From Podarcis cretensis (taxonomy: Eukaryota), in the NCBI GenBank assembly GCA_951804945.1, contig OX638158.1, positions 32,798,001 to 32,862,000 of the forward strand: a stretch of DNA of 64,000 bases, written 5' to 3'. The position numbers were made by a program, and so were the translations under genes. Position 1 is the stretch's first letter, and the number at the start of each line of letters is the position of its first letter. Shown here piece by piece: positions 55,900 to 64,000 of the stretch. The notes beneath the pieces were generated by a model, which saw nothing but the letters and a program-made list of their open reading frames with translations, ran no database searches and was not told the DNA's origin.

Positions 55900-56355
55900 A
55901 GGCCTGCTGCAGAAACCATCTTATCAGGAGGTCCATTCCATACAATATAGGCATCAGGACTTCAGCATGGTGGCAGCTACCCTTTGGAATCCTCTCCTGC
56001 TACATATCAGACAGGCACCATCTCTGTTGTCTTTTCAGCAACTACTGAAGACCTTCCTCTTCCAATAAGCCTTTTCAGTGGTGATCTTTAGCCTAGTCCG
56101 CATCTGTATTGGAACTATTTTTATCATAAAGAATTGTTTTTAAATATTTGTAACTTTTTATAATAGGAGGTGTTTTAAATATGGAACTGTTTTTAATTGT
56201 GTTTACACTATTCTTGTTTTGCGGTTGTAATTGTTTTATTTGTTTTATAATTGTGCATTTTTTGGTTGGGACCTGCCCTTGGACCATGCAGTGAAGAGTA
56301 GACAAGGAATCCAATAAACAAGCAAGCAAGCAAGCAAACAAACAAACAAACAAAC
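55900..56355 (+). mobile_element. Degenerate L2 3' end with tetranucleotide tail
   Basis: FSMVAATLWNPLLLHIRQAPSLLSFQQLLKTFLF, then a T-rich UTR and (CAAG)n(CAAA)n. Confidence 0.7.
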
Positions 56356-57530
56356 ATGTCAAGTTTAGAATTTTTAGGTTGTGGTATGTAGAAATGTAGT
56401 ACAGGCAGCGACCATATTTAGGCATTTCCAGTTGACGTGTGACCGCGCACATGCTCATCACCACTGATGTAGTAGTGGCCAGGAAATGGAGTGGAGGCAG
56501 AACAGGTTTAAGCATGCTCCGCTGATACCCATAGGGGCCAAAAACGCAATCCCCGCACAAACGGCAGGTTGCTTGTATATGTGAACAGTGAACTCTGCAA
56601 TCGTCACGGAAGAAGATTAATAAATTTGAAGAGGGAGCAGCGAAGAAGAGACAAAGAGGCATATTTACAACTTGTGTGCAAAAGGGAGGATTATTATACA
56701 ATGATTTGACAAAACTGCATTCACCCCCTTATATCACCAGGCAAGTGGACATTAAAGAGCTTGAGCTCTTCTCCCCTTCAGACACCTGATCTCAAATCTC
56801 AGCTTAACAACCACTGGAAATTCATTTTCAGTCAAGCTCAGGGTCACTAGGGATGAGTCCTGAGAATCTGTTCTGAATGGCAGGCCTCAGCCTGGAAATC
56901 TGTAATGCAAGAATAAAGTACATCTGATCAGATAGATAGGGCTTCCATTGGTTACATTTTTATGAGTCGTGACTGGTCCCATTAGGGCTAATGGGGCACA
57001 GTCTCATCAGCCGTCCTCAGGCAGCCCCCACGAACCTGGCTTCCTACTTACAATCAGTCCAGGAAATGGCCTGGCTGACAGCTTCCTCCTCCTTAGTCTC
57101 AGCTTGGCCCTGTACAACTCAGCAGGGAAGAGGACGGGGCAAAACTAGAATGGCTCTGGCACTACCTACTGTCAGCCTCCATGCCTCTGGCCTACCAGTC
57201 CAGAAGATCACTGCCCTCTGCTGCAGATACGTGTTCCAGCCTCACAATAACCTTGCAACAGGGGTTGCACTCAGACAGGGGTGCCAACTTGAATAAAATA
57301 TTGGGAGGGCCCAGGAAAGCCCCACCCTGCATAGTCCATCACAAGAGGCAGTGCACACACATCATTTGAATGCCAATGCCTAGCTTCTCAGCTGAGCCAG
57401 GATCTGAACTTGAGTAGCAATCACTTAACCATTACTCCACATACACCTGACAAAGCAGGCACCGGCCCATAAAAAAACCACAATGCATTTGTTAGCCTTG
57501 ACAGGTGCCCAAAATGTCTCTCTTCTTTTC

Positions 57531-59895
57531 GGACTTCTGGGTTGGCGCCTCCGGTAATGGCGGAATTCCTCTGATCAGGAGGAATTTGCTTCGTGGAAAT
57601 CCGGGTCTGGCTGCCACGGCAAAGGCGGAGACCCACTAAAAATCACAGGCGGGTGAAGCCTGTGAACGTGGGATTCGGCTGGCACCTTTTGCGCCTCCCC
57701 TACTCGCGGGGAAACCCGGTTTCGGGGATCCGGAGCGACGTGGGGTGAGTGGCGCGGTGCTTCAAATTGATTGCTTTTTCCACGGAGCGAAGCTGCATAG
57801 CTGTTGCCGGAGAGCGCTGACTTTTTCCTGTGGACAATTTGATCTTAAAGCAACTACCCATGAGTAGAGTGAATAATTGGATTTTTAAACGTCTTAATTT
57901 GGCACCGAAACGGGGAGGTTCAAAACAGGAAGTCCGCCTTCCCCTTTTGTAAATAGACTGAAGCAGAGGCTGCAAGCTAAAGTCTTGGAAAGTCTACTGT
58001 GAAGGACTAAATTTCCATCAGTAAAAAATATTAAATCCCCCTTGGAAGCAGGAGAAGAGGGGGGAAGTTTTGGATTGTATATGCTTGCAGGAGAGAGTGA
58101 AGGAAGTTAAAATACCACCGCTCCGAACCTGGAAACGGGCTGCTAGTAAGACTGACGTCTTTTGGAATGCTCATTGACCGTGACTAGAACGTGCACTGAC
58201 AGTTAGTTAAATAAGAGAAATACATTGTTTTCAATGTCTCCATCTGCGTTTAAAAAGGAGTAAAAGTAACTGAAAATTGAAACTAACTTTATTGTTTGAA
58301 CTGTGTCTAAAAGGACTAATACAAATAGAAACTGTTTCCCTCTAGAGCAGTGTTTCCCAACCTTGTGCCTCCAGCTGTTTTTGGACTACAATTCCCATCA
58401 TCCCTTGCCACTGGTCTTGCTAGTCAGGGATGATGGGAGTTGTAGTTCAAAAACAGCTGGAGGCACAAGGTTGGGAAACACTGCTCTAGAGGAAGCTTTT
58501 GAAACTGTTACAAGAGCTGATCTGGGGGAATTTCCAGCTGCGAGATAAAAAGCTGTGAGACTTTGGGACTGACCTTGAATCGGTTAAGAATGTTGATAGA
58601 AGAGGCCTTAGCGGTTGCATTAAGTAAGATAAGTAACTCACTGGAACAGCTTAACAAGAAGGTGGATGTGGTAACTACCAAAATTGATAATTTGGGACAA
58701 AAAGTGAACATCAATACAGAAACTATTCAGAAATTGATACAGGAATCTACTTTGACATGGCAAACTGTGGAGAAGGCTAGGGAGAAAGTTGTTGCAGTTG
58801 AACCTAAAGTAACACGGTGAGAGAGAGAGTCCCAGCCTTACAGTTGCAATTTGATGACCATAAGTCGATGCCTTCTACGACTGAATTTAAAGAAAATTAG
58901 ATTTTGAGGATTAGAGCCCTACTGGAGAAGGAGAGTTTGATGGATTTCACCACGCAGGAATTTGCTGATTTTTGGGACTTGGACTTGGGTCAAGAAGAGA
59001 TTAAAATTGTGAGGGCCTTCAGACTTGGAAGAGGAGGGAAAAAAGAGAAGAAGAAAAATAAGAGACTGTTGGAACTACCAGAAGAACCTAGAAGAACAAC
59101 AGTCAATAGTGGAAATTTTGAAAGACGTCCGGAAATATCTTTTGGATTTTGGGTTTAACTACGGAGATTTGGTTGCCCTGTTGAGAAGGAACAAAATCAT
59201 CTCTAGGTGGGAGTTTCCCCGAGATCTACTCTTCAGCCTCAAAGGAAGGAAAATAAAAATAAGATCAGTAGAAGACAAAGTAAAGTGCATGTATAAATAC
59301 AAAGAAGACTTGCAGAAGGGACTTGGAAAAGAGTTAAGAGCATCGGACAGAAGATCACCAGGTTGATGAACTATATGGAATTGGCGGAAATGACTGACAG
59401 AATCTGAGACCAGGGAGAAGAGACGGTGGAAGAAGATTGGAAAAAGTTTAAAGACTATTTATAGAAATATTGTAAAATTGATGAATGTTGGAAAAATGTT
59501 AGAATGAAGTTATATGGCTTTAGTAGAAATGTTATAAGGAATTAAGTATAGATAGATTATTAGAGTATTAGGGAAAAATAAGGTTAGAATATGTCAAGAT
59601 AAATATAGGACAGAAAACAGAGAAAGATGGAAAGGAATTGCTGAAACAATTAACAGAAGTGGAATACAAAAAGGGAGGTGTGAGGAGGTCGTTGAAACAA
59701 GTAAACGAAAGATATGACATTGAAATTGTATGATGTATGTTAAATTGTTTTTGTTTTGTTTTGTTTAGCTTATTGTGTTAGTGTTGTGTAATGTTTTTAT
59801 ATTGTATTGTATTGTCTTTTTTTGCCTTTTTTCTTTTTTCTTTCCTTTTTTGTAGTGTTTAAAAGTAATAAATATTATTTTAAAAAAACAAAAAC
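57531..59895 (+). mobile_element. L1-derived non-autonomous element: 5'UTR, degenerate ORF1, last ~40 codons of ORF2, 3'UTR, A-tail
   Basis: 20-bp TSD aaaatgtctctcttcttttc (57511-57530 and 59896-59915). CpG-rich 5' end. Coiled-coil (58563-58820) and ORF1-like pieces (RAFRLGR, RWEFP). The ORF2 tail is homologous to the L1 at about 9490. AATAAA and A-rich tail present. Confidence 0.85.
58348..58483. mobile_element. Palindromic hAT-Charlie-type MITE inserted in the L1-derived element
   Basis: Long inverted arms cagtgtttcccaaccttgtgcctccagctg; perfect 8-bp TSD ctctagag. Confidence 0.92.
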
Positions 59896-60199
59896 AAAAT
59901 GTCTCTCTTCTTTTCATTGCTCACTATGGTTCCTCCCAGCGTTTCCATGCTGGGCACAAAAGCCAAGCGCAGGCTTCGGAGGCTGCTTCCAGGCTGGTCT
60001 GGGAGCCGGCAAGGCACCAGATTTGGAACATTTCTATTTAGGCAAATAGGTTGCAGGATGAATGACACACATTTGCCCTCAGAAATCAGGCCAGTAATGG
60101 CAGGGGTGTCTTTCTGCATCAGACTCTGTTCAAGTAGACTGCAGAGGTTCTCCAGAATTAAAGCAGCTGGTGATCTGGACTGAGAAACGGGCATCCTGG

Positions 60200-61900
60200 A
60201 GGTTCTGCCATTTGTCCCGTAAAGATTCGTGCACCTCTCCCCACAGGCACCCCCGCCTCCCGCCCCCTCCATTGGGATTGGGGCGCAAGAATAAAAGGGG
60301 CAGAGTGAATGACTCCTGACCTACACATCAGGATAGGCAAAGCATCGTGGCAGATCTGTGTGAGGCAAGATAGCCGCCTGCCTCCAGCTCTTCATTTTAA
60401 AGACAGATCTCCCCCACCCTCTGCCGCCCGCAATCTTTTGTCAGAAAGCCTCTCGGCGGACGTGATTGAGAGCGCAAGGTCCTCTCCAAAAGGACCCCCT
60501 TTCTCTGCAGAGGGCCTTTGAAGTCCTCCCCCTCCCCTGGAGTGTGCATTTAACAAGCAGGGAGCGAGGACACAATGTCACACACATCCTTCCAGTGTCG
60601 TGCTCTCCTCCCCGCTCCCCCCCCCACCCCGATCCTTCCTCTGCCAGACGCACACGCGCTAACACAAAATGACGGCTTCCTCGGCAGCCGGAGCCAGCAA
60701 AGCATTCTCTCCCCCGAACTCGATGGGAGCGCAGGGCTCAGGGCAAGCCGCCCTGTGACCGATCCTATTTCCCTAAACCCCCCACCCCACCCAAAAATCC
60801 CCCCCCCCTTAAGACAAACGGCATAGAAAACGTCGCTAGAGAGACGAGGGAGGGAGGGGCGGCTCCAGCAAACCTCCCCCACCCCCACTCCCGATCGTGG
60901 GGCACTGCGTGGCGGCTGCATCCGCATTGCTATTGTGATGTCGTCAGTGGAAAAGATGGAGAGATTTCTTCTCGCCCACACGCACGCAGGCGCCTGGGCG
61001 AATGTGACCCCGAGGCCCGGCACCTCGCTCCCTTCCCGGGTGCCTGCGCCACATTTTGCCCCCGGGCTGCTTCGGATCAAAGGCCCCCGCGCCCGCCCCC
61101 GGGAAACTGCGAAAAAAGAGGGAGGAGGGGGCGCACGGTCGCCGCCGCCGCCGCCCCCTAAGAGACGCGCGAACCCAATAACCCATTTCTGTCACCTCTG
61201 CAACGCCGCAAGACAGACTGCTGCAGAGAGCAGCCAGGGCCTTTGCGAGCGGCCAAGCCGGAGGCTCGCGGCGGCCAGCCCACTAGGACGGCAGCTGCGC
61301 GCCTCTGAGAAATGGGCTGAAGCTGCTCGCCTGCCCCTCGCTTGCCATCGCTCCCCGCCTCCCTCCCCGCATGCACAGACCCAGACACCGCCGCCGCCGC
61401 CGAATGCACCGCACAGCCGAAGCGTCACTGGGTGGCTCGCACAGAACACACAGCCCCACGCCACACACACACACCCAGACACACACCCCCAGCCAGCCCA
61501 GCGCGTGTGGTCTGCAAGATCTGGCCTCTCCGGGCCAATGGGAACTTTCAAGAAGAAGAACGCAGACATGGAGCCAAAGCTACTGTACCTGCTTTCAGGC
61601 ATCATTCTCGGCTCTTTTTTTTCCTCCTGCTGCTTCTCCCCACCCCCTTCCGATTTATCTCAGCTACTGGTTTTATAACGGGGAGGGGGAGAGGGATGGG
61701 AAGAGGTGGGGGCTTTCATTCCCCCCCTCCCCTCTTCTTCAAGCCCCGTCTGCACCTTCTGTTTGAGCCTGCAAGTGAAGTCACAAGGCTGACTCTGTGA
61801 CATCACATGGAGTCTACAAACACTGGATTGTGACTTCACTGCAGGATGGAGCGCGGAGGATTAAAAAAAAATAAAAAGGGGGAGGGGAGGGGGGAAAAGG
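60200..61900. promoter_or_regulatory. Second CpG island, candidate distal or alternative TCF20 promoter
   Basis: Dense CpG with GCC runs. Possible minus-strand donor GCAG|gtacag at 61588; CRE-like motif cluster at 61774-61839. Confidence 0.55.
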
Positions 61901-61989
61901 CTCTTATTCAAACACATATCTGCAAGAGTAACAAAGGGATCACAGTGAGGACTACCAGAGGAAATACCATATACATATACTGTATATAC

Positions 61990-62056
61990 AAACACATACA
62001 TACATACATACATACACACACAAATAAATAAATAAATAAATAAATAAATACACACA
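61990..62056. repeat. Compound (TACA)n/(TAAA)n microsatellite
   Basis: Direct reading. Confidence 0.95.
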
Positions 62057-63416
62057 CTATTTTGTGTCTAATAAAATAATAATTCAAGATGGATTGAGAA
62101 AATAATGGGGAAGAAGCAGCCCCTCTCCCCTGCCATAAGTAAGTAAAATATTATTTTCTGCGCACAAGCACTTCCCCTTCAAAGAGTGTGGACACAACCA
62201 TCCCAAGATCAGTTTGGTGGTCAAGATCAAGTGTGCATTGTGGATAGGAAGAACTGAGGACAGGGAAGCTTGGGGCGGGTTGGAAGAAATAAAAACAACA
62301 GAACATGCTTAGCAGTTTAGAATCAGTTGCACTGGCAGAGCTCAGAAGAGGTAACCTGAATAGATTACATGAAGGTCAAAGGTGCAATAAAGTCAATCTG
62401 CTTATTTCACTTGAAGGACCCACAGACAGAAGTTCACAACCACACACTGGAACTCCTGCCTATCTCTCGCTGTGAGAGGGCCTAGGACTAGAAAGGCCAC
62501 GAGGGGCACTTGTCCTCATGTCTACCTAACTCAACAGGAGGCAGAGGGGCTGAGCCAAGGATAGAAAAGAGCAAGCAGCTTTAGTATACTACACTATTTA
62601 CTACTAAGTGACATTCTCGCTTTGGCCAGCAACCAAGTGGGCAATGATATTAGCAGGAAAACAGAGGCAGGAACATCTTCCAGGGATGTTTAATGATTCT
62701 GTACAGAAAAGGGTTATAACCACCCAGACTAGGGGGCAGGGTATGTTTAGGAAGAATAATTAGCATCTTTTGAATTTTTAGGACAAAAAAGAGGAGTGTT
62801 ACAGTTATCCTTTTCAAGGCAAGAGTCAGATCTGCAGACTCAGTGCTTGTTCAAGAGTAGTCTAAACTAGGTTCCTCCTCTCTCCTTTTCAGACATTAAA
62901 CCAGCATCAAAACCAAACTTCTAATAATTAAGAGGCCACCAGGGATACTTATTTATTTCATGAAAGAAGAATGTAGGGAGGAAAACAACAAGACTAACAA
63001 ATAAGGACAAGGAAGTGGCAAAGGGTGGGGGGGACAGAAAACAACAACACCCTAACAAAACAACTGTAACAAGTGTAAACAAGAAGCCCAAACAGGACAT
63101 TTTTCCTGCAGAGAAAAATATCAAACCGATCAGAGGCAGAACACATCTGGAGAGCCAATGATAGGATGGTTTCTCCTCCTTGCTTGCACACCACAAAAGC
63201 AGCCCCTTACCCCCACAGATATTTCCACACAGAAGGCAGTGAGTGGAGCTTGGATAGAGCCATGAGGCAGAGATGGATGCAGGCAGAAGAAAAAGACTGG
63301 GGTGGATCTGCAGCTTCTCCCTGCAACTGTCTCTGGAAGCAGCAGTGGGGTGGTGTCACTCTGTACTCTGCCCTCCTTGCCACAATCCCTGTGTGCCTGC
63401 CTATGTATATGCAGTA

Positions 63417-63651
63417 CAGTGGTACCTCGGGTTAAGTACTTATAATACGTTCCGGAGGTCCGTTCTTAACCTGAAACTGTTCTTACCCTGAAGCACCAAT
63501 TTAGCTAATGGGGCCTCCTGCTGCTTCCACGCCGCCGGAGCACGATTTCTGCTCTCATCCTGAAGCAAAGTTCTTAACCTGAGGTACTATTTCTGGGTTA
63601 GCGGAGTCTGTAACCTGAAGCGTATGTAACCTGAAGCGTATGTAACCGCTG
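63417..63651. mobile_element. Tigger-like MITE (family B), opposite orientation
   Basis: Reverse complement of the 51320 copy; right TIR partly deleted. Confidence 0.85.
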
Positions 63652-64000
63652 TAGTATAAGGTACATTTGGCAGCAAGGAATAACTAATGTCACAGTTACC
63701 AGACTGCTGGCTTTCACTCATAAAAAGAGAGGGGGGAGGAGTAAATTTCTGTCTTTAAAATAATATTAAGAAGTGGCCTATTAAAACAAAACAAAGCTGT
63801 TGGTTCAGTATTACAGCTGCTCAGAAACTACCTTTTATTCTTACCTCTATACCAAGAAATTCCCCGGGCCACAGATACATGCAGAGTGCCTGCTAACATC
63901 TCAAGATGTTGCATATATAAAAGCTTGGCTACTCCAAAAGACACTGGCTATATTAAACAGAAATCTATAAATAATATATATATTGGTCAATAACCAGTAG

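Noticed and set aside
56093-56701. 202-aa minus-strand ORF
   Set aside because: Runs through a microsatellite and an L2 3'UTR; no recognisable homology.
60550-61800. 247-aa, 176-aa and 152-aa ORFs
   Set aside because: GC-composition artefacts of the CpG island, open in several frames on both strands.

Overview
Vertebrate genomic DNA from a squamate, probably a lacertid lizard judging by its Sauria-SINE copies. It carries most of the TCF20 gene on the minus strand: a 5.7-kb coding exon (29598-35324, ATG at 35288) and three small 3' coding exons (6716-6809, 3320-3369, 641-768) that splice in frame to a predicted 1972-aa protein with a C-terminal ePHD finger. The last 3'UTR exon appears to lie left of the window. 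Two CpG islands (about 42.9-43.8 kb and 60.2-61.9 kb) are candidate alternative promoters with non-coding first exons. The rest is intron or upstream DNA rich in TEs: Sauria SINEs, L1, L2 and CR1 fragments, and Tc1/mariner and hAT MITEs, often nested, with one assembly gap. The most notable observations are: (1) a 2.4-kb L1-derived element with a 20-bp TSD that keeps its 5' end and ORF1 but has lost nearly all of ORF2 (HAL1/SpIRE-like); (2) a perfect, tailless, microhomology-primed U6 retrocopy; (3) a SINE split by a Tc2-like element carrying a 154-bp tandem array; (4) near-identical SINEs flanking the proximal promoter. I see no clear evidence of a wholly new biological system. TE family names come from recall and pattern recognition, not database searches.
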